Below are positions 1-27,698 of a stretch of DNA of 64,000 nucleotides, piece after piece. The position numbers were made by a program, and so were the translations under genes. The notes beneath the pieces are model-generated. The model was not told where the DNA came from. It saw only the letters and a list, made by a program, of their open reading frames with translations, and made no database searches. The first letter of the stretch is position 1. Each line of letters begins with the position of its first letter. The stretch covers positions 62,001 through 126,000 of the forward strand of contig CM022666.1 in assembly GCA_012295275.1 (NCBI GenBank), given 5' to 3'. The stretch comes from Chrysomallon squamiferum (lineage: Eukaryota; Animalia; Mollusca).

Positions 1-1028
1 ACTAATTGCTGTATTATTTTGTTAATTTGTTTTTGACAGATTCTAAATTTGTAACCAGTCGAACATGCTAAAATCATTCACACAAGAATTGTGCTACTTT
101 ATGATTATTTTGTATGTCGACATTATAAAACTTAGAATGTGATTATTGCGTTTTCAAGAAAATATTATTACTTCGTTTTATTTAAATCAACACGAAATAG
201 TTATTGATATATATATATATACACAGAAAGACACACACATACACACCCAGACATACATATATATACATACAAACATACAAACATATATAGATATATACCT
301 GCATACATATATAGATACATACATACATAGATACATACATGCATACATACATACATGCATGCACACATACATACTGGTATACTCGCACACTTACATACAA
401 ACAGACAGACATACACAAACAAAAATATTCACATACATACATTTATATTTTCACTGACTGGAGTAGGGTTACCAAGCTGGCTGTTGAGTGAGTGGTATTG
501 TGTCCTGATACCTTCCTTAATACACACCTGCCAGTATGGCTTTTTGTCTGTTGTCGTTGTTGTTGTTGGTGATGATGGTGTTGACGTGATTCGCAGGTCG
601 CTATGATTGTCCTCGGTTATCAAATAAAAATTTTATTTGTAGACCAGCGTCTGCCTTCAGCACACGCACACACACACGCATACACACGCATACACACACA
701 ACACACACACACACTCACACACACACAACACACATGCATACACACACAACCCACACACATACACACGCATACACACACAACACACACACACTCACAACAT
801 ACACACACACACGCATACACACACATACACACACAACACACACACACACACACACTCACTCACAACATACACACGCATAGAGACTGACACAGACATAGAA
901 ATAAAGAGATTAATAGATAAAAAAGAAAAGTAATATCAATAACTGAACAACGCGGAGTTGTGAAAAACGGTCACATTGTTAAGACTGGTTTGTATGTCAC
1001 TAACATCTCTTTGTTCTTCTTCTTCTCG

Positions 1029-1098
<70 letters not shown>

Positions 1099-1243
1099 TT
1101 ATTTTCTTTTAACCTTCAATAGTTATTTACTATTGTTACTGCTGTTAGTTAATTAGAGAGAGAGAGAGAGAAACCTTTGAAGGTAACGTTTAATATAAAC
1201 AACGAATTCTAAATAGAAGAAGAAGAAGAAGATAAGAAGAAGA

Positions 1244-1274
<31 letters not shown>

Positions 1275-2197
1275 ATAAAAAGAAATTGATGTTATTTGCA
1301 GCGTACAATCATATTTTCCTTTACGGATACTGGGTTCAGTATCTTTTTGATGACAACTACAGTTATCGCCCTTTCAGTATTACTTCTCTTTTTTTTTCTT
1401 AAAATTTACTTTATTAAAAAAGAATCATATGAGTTTCTATGGAGCTTTGTTTCTATATTTATTACCTCTTTGACACAACTAAGTACATGTCGAATATATT
1501 AATAATTCATTGACAAGAAATTCAATACAAACAGAATATGTATTTAGGCTGTCCACATTTATGGTTTGGAAGAAAAAATAACACTCACTTTTTTTGCAAC
1601 CTTGTTCTTTTCATTACTTTCATGGCCACTATACTTCACATGTAAATGGCTGATTACCTACATCCTTTGTTCTCATGACAGATAGGAAGGTTTTATTTAT
1701 AGCAACAAAGTTCCAGAAACCTAGACAGAGCAGTATAGCGGCTGCAAGTCACAATGAACCCCGGGGCCAGAATTACCCCACCTTACACTTTATATAGACA
1801 CACACACACACGTATGATATGCGTGTTTCAGGTTTTTTTGTGTGTGTGTGTGTGTGCAGATTTCTGTTTTTTCTCTAAATATCTATTATTTAGTAGATAA
1901 GTCAATGTATAATTATATATTAAAGCTTAAATAAGTAATATTAAAAATAGAAAAAATGTCTAATTTTATTATGTTTCCGCAAAAATAGAACGAAAAGTTA
2001 CAATTAATTTTATAAAAACAATCGTGGTTGTCAATTATTGTTTATAATAATAATAAGAATAATACATAATACATAATACATAATAATACAAAAAATTCTT
2101 TAAGAGTAAAATTTAATAAATATATTCTGTTTAGTTACATATTCGAACGTTTTTATTACTGTAGTCGTTGTTGTTGTTGCTGTCGGTGGTGATTGTT

Positions 2198-15037
<12,840 letters not shown>

Positions 15038-15536
15038 CGTTTTTGTTTTCCTGACGAAATGAAATTGCTCAAAGTTTAAGAAATAATATAAACTATTAAA
15101 TGTTGCTATTACTTCTCGCAGTCACCTTCTGTTTCAGTGAGTGTAAACGACATGTTTCATACGCTGAAAACCAATCAATTCTTCTTCCTTTGATTGCATT
15201 ATTAGTTATTACTGGCTACAGTTTTTTGGAACAGTCCAATCCAGTGGTCTTGGTAATAACTGATTTTTATATATACATAATACATACATGTATATATGTA
15301 TATATATGTATGTGTGTGTACCTGTGTGTACCTGTGTGTACCTGTGTGTACCTGTGGGTGTGGGTGTATATAAATGTATATATATAAGAATGTAGGTATG
15401 TTTGTTCTATATATACATTATATATTTTTTATATTAACCTGTCGTGACTGTAAATTTACATTTACGATTGTAAAGTTACGTTCATATATAATGTTTTATA
15501 TTTATATACATGTATGTAAGTGTATATATGCGAGTG

Positions 15537-15599
<63 letters not shown>

Positions 15600-15695
15600 A
15601 TGTATGTAGGTTTACTGTGAGTGTAATATACATACGTACACAACAAACATACATTCTTACATATAAACACACAACAAACCTAAATACATACATTC

Positions 15696-15738
<43 letters not shown>

Positions 15739-16106
15739 TATAAAAAGACGCTTATTCTTACATGAATACATACACATACATATTATACCGATATATTCAA
15801 AAATAAATTCATACATACACATACATCTAAACGAACCATAAAAGGATTATTATTATATCTGTTTACTTCTCTTTATTAGTTCATTAAACTTGCATCGTTG
15901 TCGGGCGGCTAATGTTTTGCAAATTACAGTCAATGCACAGGACAGCAAGTTGTAGTCACCTACTAGAAATAAAAAATCACTGACCTCATCATCATCATTT
16001 AAACTGTCTCTCGATTGCTCTTAAATAGTAGACTGTTACCAGTCTTCGCTGTGTTAGTAACAGAGAGACATTTGACACAGTATGGTCACGGAATGTTTAC
16101 TTCGAT

Positions 16107-16228
16107 TAACAGAATAAGCTGTGGAACCACTAGGAAAGTAGGGATCTAACAGAATAAGCTGTGGAACCACTAGGAAAGTAGGGATCTAGCGGAATAAGCT
16201 GTGGAACCACTAGGAAAGTAGGGATCTA
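16107..16228. repeat. 40-bp tandem repeat, 3 copies
   Basis: TAACAGAATAAGCTGTGGAACCACTAGGAAAGTAGGGATC repeated head to tail with no spacers. Confidence 0.92.
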
Positions 16229-16869
16229 CGCCTGACGGAAGTAACTGGTCAGTTAAACATTAGTTTCTGTAATGTTTGCGACCAAATGTTAGCAGAAAAA
16301 GAGTTGAGCATTTAGCGACCAGGAGATGGACAGAAACAAAAACACCAATAACAACGACAATGACAACACCATCAATAAAGACCAAAACAACCACCACCAC
16401 AACCAAACAAGAAAACAACAACAACAACAACAACAATAATAATAATAATAATAATAATAATTGTAGTAGTAGTTGTTGTTGTTGTAACAGTAGTAATATA
16501 TATTTTGTACAAGTTAGGAATTGTATTATTAGTAATATTAATAACAGTAGCAGTAATAAAGTAGAGGTTGTAGTAGTAGTGGTAGTAGTCGTAGTAACAC
16601 TAGTAATTGTGGTGGAATTGTAATATTTGTAAGAGTAACATTAATAGCTGCAGTAATAGTGACAACAATAAAAACAGAGTAGTAGTAGCATCAGCAGTAT
16701 TAGTAATTGTAGTAATAGTAAAGGTAGTAGAAGCAGCAGTAGTAGTAGCAGTAGAAACAGTACTAGTTGTAGTAGTAGTAGCAGTAGTAGTAATAGTAGA
16801 AGTAGTAGTAGTAATGTTTGTTTTCTGGTGATATTATTTCACATAGCTTTGCTGTAATAAAGGGTTCAC

Positions 16870-17151
16870 CTGTACGCTAGAAAGGGTATAGAGCTGTCTG
16901 GCGCTTGAAGAAACGAAGAAGATGCTGAATGTCACATCATTATTATTATTACTTGATTGATTGATTAACTGATTTATTCATTCATTTACTTACTGTAATG
17001 TTTTTAAAAACATTAATTGATTTGTTATATGTAAAACTGATGTATTTACAGGTTGTTGTTACGATGTGTGAAGGAAGGTTTTCAGTGCACTGACTCTGAG
17101 TGGGGTTAAAGACGTGCGTACGTAAAACTGACGGGAAATTTAGGTGTGACT

Positions 17152-17248
<97 letters not shown>

Positions 17249-18620
17249 ATAAACAAAAAATAAAAAAATAATAACTGACATCTGTATGTTGACTTGTACA
17301 CCTTCATTTTAGAGAGAACGTTCTGGAAAGAAGCCACTAAGACTAGCAAAAACACCAGTGCAGACAAAACAGTGAGCTAATAAAAACAATAACAATAAAA
17401 AGAAGAAGAACAGCAACAACTATAACAAATTAATTAATTAATAATATATTCATTTACAAATAAATAATAGTGGTCTGTAACTATGTTCATTAAACAAATT
17501 TTCTCTTACTTTGGAGAGTTTTTTTATATATATATATAACAAAATGTGAGGGCGTATAACAACATATATAACATATTTGTAAATGTTACTTCTACAGAAC
17601 ATTCTGGTTTTAGAGAATTCTCTTTTATGGAGTATTCTGTTCATAGGGGTTCAGTTTATGGAATTTCAGTTTTGAGAAAGGTTTTGAAAACTTTATACAT
17701 TTTTTTCTCCCCCCACCCCACTATATGAAGTATCTATATAATACTGATCAAGATTTCATCTGCCCTGCTGTCATAGCTGCGATAGAATCAAAACACACAC
17801 ACACACATGTATACATACACACTCACACACACACACACGTATACATACACTCACACAAACACACATGTATACATACATACACGCATCCATACATACATAC
17901 ATACATAACGGCAACTGTTTGCAATTATATAATACTTTTGCACCGTAAAACCACAAAACAAATGTATATTAATAATTCAACAGGTAAAGTTTATCAGTCG
18001 TAGAACAGCCTCACAATACCTGATATTCAGTTTATATTTATATTTAAATAAAAGTTTTCACTTCTGACAGACCCTGGCATATTAACACATACATACATAC
18101 ACACATATAAAGACATTTATAGGTATGTATATCATAACACACATATATAATTTATACATTCATATAGCACACACCCAAATATACGTCCAAATATACGTCT
18201 ATTCATTATACACACAGACAGGCACACAAATAAACTGACACATACATATTATGCCAGAAACGTAATGTTAATTCACTTGATTGCAAACTGTAATGAAATT
18301 TTAAACCATCAGTCTTCTACCATAAACATTTAATTTGTACTATAGCAAAGTCAAACTTTAACTTTATCGATAACATCATCGCACTTTATCTTTGTACATC
18401 AATAACATCTTAAAATAATGTTTCGTAACCATTAGGCTTTCGTTCGCTTCCCATTGTAATACAAACGTGATTCACTTGAGTGGCTGCTGTAGAGATGAGA
18501 CTGCGTTGAGGTCCCAAGCACTATTGCCAACAAGAACTGTACTTACAGAGGACTTGAAAGAACTGTTATCACTGAATGGATTTTTTTTCAAAGGTTTCTA
18601 GTTCAACGTGTAGTTCTTTC
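16870..18620 (-). other. Candidate 5'-UTR exons of the PAN/CCP/GON gene (~18620-18547, 17376-17302, 16924-16870)
   Basis: The ATG exon has an acceptor (atttcgtcag) 13 nt upstream of the ATG, so upstream exons probably exist. These three complex-sequence islands have minus-strand donors gtaagt, gtgtac and gtgaac; the latter two also have acceptors (tttttattag, acattcag). Confidence 0.4.
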
Positions 18621-18849
18621 AAATAAAAAAATCTTTCTCAAATCAGACCAACAAAAATAAACAAAAAATACTACTTTATGTGTTTTTCAGGAAGTATTTT
18701 TCTACAATTAACTGGTTTGTGTTCAATACACTTGAGAGCATTAAATCTCTGACTTGTATGTAATATAATGCTCACAGGTCAAGTACGAACAGCAGAAAGT
18801 TGTCGCAGTATAAAATAATAATAATAATAATAATAATATTTTATATACA

Positions 18850-19145
18850 TATAGATAGATTTGATAGATAGATAAACAGACATATAGATAGATTTGATAA
18901 ACAGACAGACAGATGTAGATGTTTAGATAGATAGATAAACAGACAGACGTAGTTTAAGATTGATAGACAGACATAAAGACAGATGTAGATGTTTAGATAG
19001 ATAGATAAACAGACAGACGTAGTTGTAAGATTGATAGACAGACATAAAGACAGATGTAGATGTTTAGATAGATAGATAAACAGACAGACGTAGTTGTAAG
19101 ATTTGACAGACATAAAGACAGATGTAGATGTTTAGATGGATAGAT
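18850..19145. repeat. ~70-bp compound tandem repeat built from GATA/GACA units, 3-4 copies
   Basis: Recurring GACATAAAGACAGATGTAGATGTTTAGATAGATAGATAAACAGACAGACGTAGTT. Confidence 0.8.
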
Positions 19146-19551
19146 CACTCTCACACGTTGTTTAGTTATGTTTCCTGTTTGTGCAGTTCATCCCATAAAT
19201 TAATAACAAAACTGTTTGTCAGTGCAAGTTTCTGATCACGTCAAAAGAACTTGTCTGTGTACATACATTAATAGTGTAATTGATACAGCTGTATCGGTTT
19301 CTCTATTGTGATGAGGCATTAATTATTCTATCACTTTGTATGCTAAGTTGATGAAAACTGAGGCTCCTTGTTGAAAAGATGAAAAAGGCGAGATAGTTTA
19401 TAGCCGACCAGATAATGTATTCTTTTCTCTTCTTGAATTTGCGTATGAAACCATCAACAGATATTCCAATTAGTCTCGATTTTCACAGACGTTCACTTGG
19501 ATCAGCATCTACAGTCGTCAATTTACATATGGCTACAATTTGCATATGGCT

Positions 19552-19565
19552 GTCGCCATAGCAAC
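19552..19565. promoter_or_regulatory. RFX X-box match
   Basis: GTCGCCATAGCAAC fits the X-box consensus GTYNCCATRGYAAC. Target gene is unclear. Confidence 0.45.
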
Positions 19566-19899
19566 CAAAGCAATGCTTGATCATTTCACTGAGACATAAG
19601 CCAATGATTTCCAGACAAGGGGTAGAAATAATAACAAAACTAACAATAACAACAGCAGCAACAACAACGACGACGACGACAACAACAACAATAATAATGT
19701 ACAGACAGACGTCATGATTTTGTCATAAACAGGATATTTTTATTCTATTTTTATTTTCAAATATCATTTTGTAATTTGATAGCAAACACTGGTAAGCAGC
19801 AACACACAATACAATAATTTGATGTTAATTAAAACATACTTATTAAGTTTTCATTATACTATTTAATATGAATTCCATCTCTGCTATAAACATAGACAC

Positions 19900-19984
<85 letters not shown>

Positions 19985-20152
19985 ACTTAATTAAACTGGA
20001 GACTATTTGGATAAGAAAACAAATCATTTCAAACTGTCATTTGTTTATTTCTACTCGTGTACATTCTTACAAAATATAGGATGTAAAAGTACACCAAAAC
20101 AATTGGGCTGTATACAAAATATAAATATTTGATTAACACCTGACTGTTTTGG

Positions 20153-20204
<52 letters not shown>

Positions 20205-20291
20205 GCAACACAACACAACACAACACACACACACACAACACAACACAACACAACACAACACAACACAACACAACACAACACAACACAACAC

Positions 20292-20336
<45 letters not shown>

Positions 20337-21631
20337 CAAAATTAGCAACAAAACTATAGGTGCCAGGATCAATGTTGTATAATTAACCGAAAGATTAGAC
20401 ACATCAAAATTTGTCATGCCAGTTCTCAGTGATTTAGAATGTTTTATAAAAACAAGTCAATAAAATACATTTCATATATCATTACAAATTAATATAAAAT
20501 TCCTGTATATATATATATTTCCCTTTGTTATTTCATTATCTTTTTGTTTCTTTGTTTGTTGCTACTTTTTTTCTTTATTAATGCAGTATTTTAAGACACA
20601 CATGCAAGTTTGACATACAGCACTAAAACATAAAGATGTAAACACATTATTTATATTGATGTGAACAGCAAAACAATTTTCATAACAATAATTTCATAAA
20701 AAATGCTTCAGTTTTAATAATGGCGAGGCAGAACCATCAGAAACAAAAGCTAAACAGTAACAATCAGGAAGGTAAAAGAGTACACAGACCAAAACGTTCC
20801 ACAGTAATAAAAACTTTTCAACGTCAACATAACAGCATCTTTAACTGATAAAACTGATAAAATATAATAATAAAAAAAAAATTTAAATAAATAAAATTAA
20901 ATATAAATTCTTTGTATTGTAAGAATAATAGTCAATATGGTAAAATAATTTTTTTTTTTTTAAATACAACTAATTAACATGAAACAACTAAATATAAAAC
21001 AATAATGAAGGTTATTACTTACTGTAATGACTTGGATTGTTATACATAACAGTGACAAATCTAAGTGTAAAATCCTGACAGTGAAATAACAATGGTTAAT
21101 ATTAAAAAAACAACAACAGAACAGAAAATACCAAATCTGGGTGGAAACAAAACTAGTAAATGTGATAGCAACAGTTTTTGAACCAAATTTAAAGTAAATT
21201 CAGAATGCCCACACTTTTAAACAAAAGAATTATTATACAACAAAATACATTGATTTTCAGTTGACAACAAAATAAAAGTTAAAATGATAAACATAATACA
21301 CATCAAAATTCAGAAATGATAAATTTATTGCACAACTACACTGAAAAGAAAAAGTTAGAGAAAATAGTGAAGTACAAAAGAAACCACTAGCTGACTATTA
21401 AGTAAAAATAACATTAACAATGTCAGTTTTAAAATAAATACAAATACTGGTTCTATATTTAGAAAACCAGACACACCTGAAGACATCACCTTTTGCATCA
21501 CAACAATTATATAATAGTGATACACTCTCATTAACTATGTATATATCATTATATGTACCTATATTGTATGTACATTTATTCAACAAAACAAAATATATAA
21601 ATAATAATAAAAAAATAATAATATATAAATA

Positions 21632-21736
<105 letters not shown>

Positions 21737-22344
21737 TGTTTAAATGTTGTTCAGTTTTGTTTATTAACATCTCAAAAAAGAAATATGGCAATAATTATAT
21801 TTTGACACAAATAACTATTTTAAGTAGCACATATTACATCAAATGAAAATAGAGTCCATGTTTGAACTATGATCACTTTGTTCAGTTTGTTATCAAGATG
21901 ATATTACTGCTTTATTGTCAAATGCAAACATGGCAAAATATCCAAGTCTGAACATGTTGATTCTTACATGCCAAACCAGCTGAAGTCTCAAAACTCCTCT
22001 GAGAATTTCAGTTCAGTTGTTAAACCTCCTTATTCACCATCAGGCTTTGTCAAATGAAAACAGTATCCATAAGACCAATTTGTTATACTTTTTTATCATG
22101 GTGGCATCAAAATCTTGTTGTAAAATAAAAATATGATAGAGTTATCTTGTACACAGAAATCTTGGTTCTGTTTTTAATAAATGTTTCACTATCAGTGTCT
22201 CAGGATAACACATTTTTTTTAAACAAGACAACATTAATGTGTTATAAAACAAAAACACATTTACCCCAGTGTCCTGTCTGGTAACACTAACACTTTTACA
22301 ACTAAGAACACAACAAGCTGCACGTGTGGACACTGGTCAGATGA

Positions 22345-23909
22345 TTATGTAAGAAGGGTCAGCGCGGTCATTGTGTACAGTAAGAAGAAAATGACGAAGA
22401 GAATGCGATCAAGGATGCGAGCAAACTCCGCCCACTGCTGACTGACGTTGTCATACGTCACATCCGCGGACATTTTACCAACGACGTAGTGAAGATATTT
22501 GTTAGTTTCTGACAGCTGCGACTCCAGTTTGCTCTCCTGTGAGTGGGGAGCACGACTCACCTGTTCAACCTCCTCCAGACCTCGCAGGCTGGCGGAAAAC
22601 ACGTTGTCCACGGGAGAGTAGCGGTCAACACAGAGCAGACGACGAAGTCCATAGTGACCAAGAAACATCTGTGTCAAAAATTACATTACATTTCAAAACT
22701 GAATTTAAAATATTATGCAACATTTAAAAATTTAAAAATTAAATACAAGAAACTAGATTTAAAAAAGAATGTTGTAATTAAAAAATGTTTTAAAATGGTA
22801 GTTTTCAAATATTTTGTAAAATACTGTTCAACTGTTGAAATTTGTTAGAAGTGTTAACAGATCACCCAAAAACAATAAAGTAGTAGGATACAAAATGTCT
22901 TCACAAACATGTTAAAAGTGAAAATGTCTTCACAAACATGTTAAAAGTTAAAATGTCTTCACAAACATGTTAAAAGTGAAAATGTCTTCACAAACATGTT
23001 AAAAGTGATAATGTCTTCACAACCATGTTAAAAGTCAAAATGTCTTCACAACCATGTTAAAAGTCAAAATGTCTTCACAAACATGTTAAAAGTTAAAATG
23101 TCTTTACAAACATGTTAAAAGTGAAAATGTCTTACGCTCTGAATCCAGGCTGGGAGGGGTCTGTGTCTTGAACCCCGTACACTCAGATTGCTGACAAACA
23201 CAGACAGTATAATACTAAAACTAGTGAGGACCATGGTGGCCAGGTAGAAAACACCTGAAAACAAACCAACATTTCTTTATCTTCATTAAAATATTAACAA
23301 ATATTAACACAAATCTAATTATTTAAAACAAAAACAAAGAAAACAAGCCATGAATTAAAATGTATTTATAACTGTGTGACTTTAAAACTGTTTGTTATCT
23401 AGCCCCACCTTCCACGCAATAATAATTAGAATTAATCTGAGATTTAGAAAAATAATAGTAAATAAAAAAAAGAAGAAGAAAACAAATAGTACTAAGAATA
23501 TACTTGTTAAAAAAAAAATGTGCCAGGTAAACATGAAAGTTTTCATCTTACCTATTCGTGGAACTGATCCATGGCTGAATGGAATTGCCTCTTGTAGTAC
23601 AACAACGAGAATCATCAAACAGAGCAGAATGAACAAACCTGTCAAAAAAAAGAGTAAAATAATGATATACACACCACACACACACACACATTCACATACA
23701 AATACATTCAAAAATACCAGAAATGTTGGTACAAACATGTAGAAACACATATATACAGTCACAAACACATATACAGTCACAAACACATACATAATCACAA
23801 ACACACACATATATATACACTGTCACAAACACATACATAATCACACACATACATACAGACTTGCATAAAGTCACACACATCTATCCACAAATTCTTACTG
23901 TGACACTAT

Positions 23910-23966
<57 letters not shown>

Positions 23967-25223
23967 CATGTAGACACTCATGCACATTCACACACCCAGA
24001 CACACCCAGACACACACACAAACATGCACATGTTCATAGATAGATTCCATACACATTCACACTGAGAGATTCTTTTAATTTATTTTAATTCCATCAATAA
24101 GAAAAGTTCACCAGTTTAACCAGTTTAACCAACCATATGCTGTTTTTTCATGAGAACGAGAAGGAAGCAGAAACAACATGGGAACGAGAAGTCCAAGAAG
24201 AGCTGAAGGTCCAATAGCGAGATAGCGATAAAACGACTGTCTTCTCTTCAGCTTGCACGTCACAGACAGCACAGTGAAGGGATCACTACAGCAGTTGTAG
24301 TGGACGTTTTTTATACTTGCCCTCGCCTTATTGCCAACCAGCAGCCACTGGGGGTGTTCAGTTCTGTGAAATGATGATGTGTCTGTCAGTATGTCAGTGT
24401 CGCTTTTGTTGCCACTTTCCATGAAGCTGACAGACATCTGTGTAGCTGAGTGTGACCAGGAACCGAAGTCAATGTGACAGATCTGTGTGTCGTAAGGAAA
24501 TTTAGTCATGTCCATTGGACACCTGACAGAAAGAGTCAACATTGGTATCCAGAACACAGTCCCATCATGCATCACTGGAAGAATGTCTTCATACAGATGT
24601 TTTGATGGTTCTGAAGAGGCACTGAAATGTTTTGAAATTAAAATAATACAAATAAGACAAAATATAGCAAAATAAAATATCTATAATGTTAAGATATACT
24701 GGACATGAAATTATGGATATCATTTTGTTCTGCCTACCTAATTTTTTTAATTCATAAGCTCTTCCATTTAGTATTAAATATTTTGAAAGGTATATTTTGA
24801 GAATAATAAAACAAAAAAGTTGTTAACTAAATTTATATTAAACTTTTGGTAGGAAAAAAACAACATGAAATTCAACATAAAAATATATTTTCAATTTAGA
24901 TGATATTTTATATGTGATATACCCTTTAACTAAACTGTGGCAAATTCTGAACAATGAAAAAAAAATATTTCCAAGGTAGAATTATATATATTTCAGTTAC
25001 TGTAATTTTCTAATGTTACATGTACTACAGTTATAGATAAAAATATGAAGAAGTATATTGAAGTAAAAAATATATATATATATATATCAGTGAAATAGTG
25101 AGAAACGAATGAAATTGACAAACACAAAAATGTAAAAAGAAAGTCAAGTGAAAGTGAAATGAATAAAGAGATAATGATGGGAAAGGACAGTAATAGTGTA
25201 AAAACAAACTATGAAATGAAAGT

Positions 25224-25305
<82 letters not shown>

Positions 25306-27353
25306 AGGGAGGGAGGGAGGGAGGCAGACACACAAACACACACATACGCATTGTAAGGCACTATGTCAGGTGTCCACAGTGAGTTGAGGGGTAACTTGAC
25401 AGTTCTCACTCCTCCAAAGTCTGACATATTCCACCTCAGTCGAGGATCCTTCCATGACTAAATATAAAATATTACAATTTACACTTAAAACAGTATCAGC
25501 AGAAAATAACTAATTTGTGATCAGAGTATTAACATAGTTCATGCAGAAATATATCACTACAAAAATGTATATATCTTTTACTTTTAGATTTATAACTTTT
25601 TATAAATTTAATAAAAAAGTTAAAATAAATATAAAAAAAAATATAAATATATATAATAAAAATTCTTTATTTTTAAATTTATAAATTATTAGGTGTTTGT
25701 TTTATTTGTTGTTGGGGGTTTTTTGTTTATTTTTTTCATATTATTATGTTTTATTTTGACCTTATTTTCTTTCTTTTTTTCTTTTTCTTTTTGGCTAGTG
25801 TCAAGTTCTTTTATTATTTTATAAGAGCATGTGGTGTAAATGTTGTTTTTATACCTAATATTGTAAGTGGTGTGATATCTCATATTGTAAGTGGTGTAAT
25901 ATCTAATATTGTAAGTGGTGTAATATCTAATATTGTAAGTGGTGTAATATCTAATATTGTAAGTGGTGTAATATCTCATATTGTAAATATAACACTGTTT
26001 TATACAGACTCGCTTTGATGATACTTCAAATTAAAAAAACAAACATATAATCTGAAGTCATACCTGTGCAAACAATACTGTTGAAGTAAAAATATTATCT
26101 TTTTCATTCTGAAAGAAAAAGTTAAAATGTGTGTTAAGTACATTTCATACACTTGCTCATAAATTGAAAACTTGTCAGTATATGTTGAATAATAAAATTT
26201 TTACTGCTCTGTTCTGGGAGAGTTAGAAACAGATATATAGAGACAGAGACAGAGATAGGGAGAGAAATAGAGAGAGAGAGGGGGAGAGATTCAGTGACAT
26301 ACAATAAATAAATATAAGTCGTTACCAAGTCTTCTATTCTCTGAAATGTCACTGTCACTGAAACATTTACTCTGTCTGTCGGGTGGATTATTGGTCGAGC
26401 TTCCTTAACATAGGATTTGAGAAGAAACTTGATCAGTTCCGATTCATACATCACCTCTGAATTCCGCATACTGAAACCTACAATATAATTAATAATCATT
26501 TCTTCACATTCAAACCAGTACAGACATTTTATCTTTCCAGTCTCTTTGGGAATTATCAGCTGCTTCCAATCAATAAAAGTAACCCACAGAATTGTGTCAG
26601 ATGATTTCATCTCTTATTTACCTTATTACTGTTAGCATTATTGTTACACAGAAACAAAATATTTCACACCTATTGTCCTCAGTATTTAAGAATATTTAGA
26701 TGCTTAAAAGTATTGTTATATTTAAAATATACCTAAATAGCTAAAATATATCCATTTTTTATAACAATTTTCTCATATCTCTTACTGTTTAATATAATAG
26801 AAAAAAACATATATTTTTATATTAACTTTCACCAACAGAAATGCACATTATCTTTGTGGGTTCAGGGACATTTTTTTATGTATATATATTTTTTTGGTTA
26901 GTTTATGAAACAGTTGATGAACTAACGTCAACGCCAGTTCTAGTAAAACAATTAATAATAATACCAATACTGATTATTAGATAACACTGTTAACAATAAC
27001 ATAATAAGTTTAATAACAATGCGTTTTAGGTAAACAATACAATAAGTTCCTAGTCAGATTTAAGAATTATGTAAAATTATATATATATTACTTATTATTA
27101 TTATTATTTGAAATAGTCTGACCCTTTTTATCGTTTAATCTATTTAAATTATTTAGTTAGTTATTTATTTAATTTAATTTTTTATTTTTTATTATATATA
27201 TTTTTTTGAATCTGTGTATTAAAATACGTTAACTTGATTAATAGTTTTTGCTTTATACTTACTTTGCATGTTTGCATTGTTATCAGAAATAAAAAACAGG
27301 AATGCAATCACTAATAGTTTGCATGAGACTTTTTCTATGCAACATAAATCCAT
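22345..27353 (-). CDS. Nicotinic acetylcholine receptor-like subunit, alpha-type, divergent (~471 aa, 8 exons)
   Basis: Exons 27353-27263 (signal peptide; least certain), 26477-26326 (LLKSYVKEARP), 26108-26064 (45-nt NEKDNIFTSTVLFAQ), 25457-25348 (WKDPRLRWN..WTPDIVPYN), 24621-24134 (Cys-loop CPMDMTKFPYDTQIC, FGSWSH, loop C YNCC, M1), 23638-23552 (M2), 23254-23136 (M3), 22668-22345 (WAEFARILDR, M4, stop). All phases are compatible; total 1416 nt. Confidence 0.92.
22892..23135. repeat. 29-bp tandem minisatellite, ~8 copies, starting at the M3-exon donor
   Basis: Unit AAAATGTCTTCACAAACATGTTAAAAGT(G/T/C). Confidence 0.92.
25857..25986. repeat. 24-bp tandem repeat, ~5 copies
   Basis: Unit AATATTGTAAGTGGTGTAATATCT. 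Confidence 0.9.
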
Positions 27354-27698
27354 TTTAAAAACTTTTCACAACTTCAGTAATATCTTTATCATGTAGAGGT
27401 GACAAAAATTTCCTCACTGTGAAGATTCAAAAGCAGTTATCTCCCTTAAACGGTGTCGCTTTAGAAATGAAGAAAAATTCAAGAATAGTATCTATAACAT
27501 TCAATATATGTTTGCTGAATCATTTTGGAGTTTTTTAAAATAAATATCTATAATGTGACTGAACCACATCAGTGATTTATACTTAATTAAGATTCTAAAT
27601 TTTGAAAGGTATAAAATTCAATTAATTTAACAATCACAGTAGCATGGACCAATGATTTATTTTTTATTATTATTATTTTTTTTAAATTAGAACAGGAA

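Noticed and set aside
16107-16228. 40-bp repeats as a mini CRISPR
   Set aside because: Head-to-tail copies without spacers.
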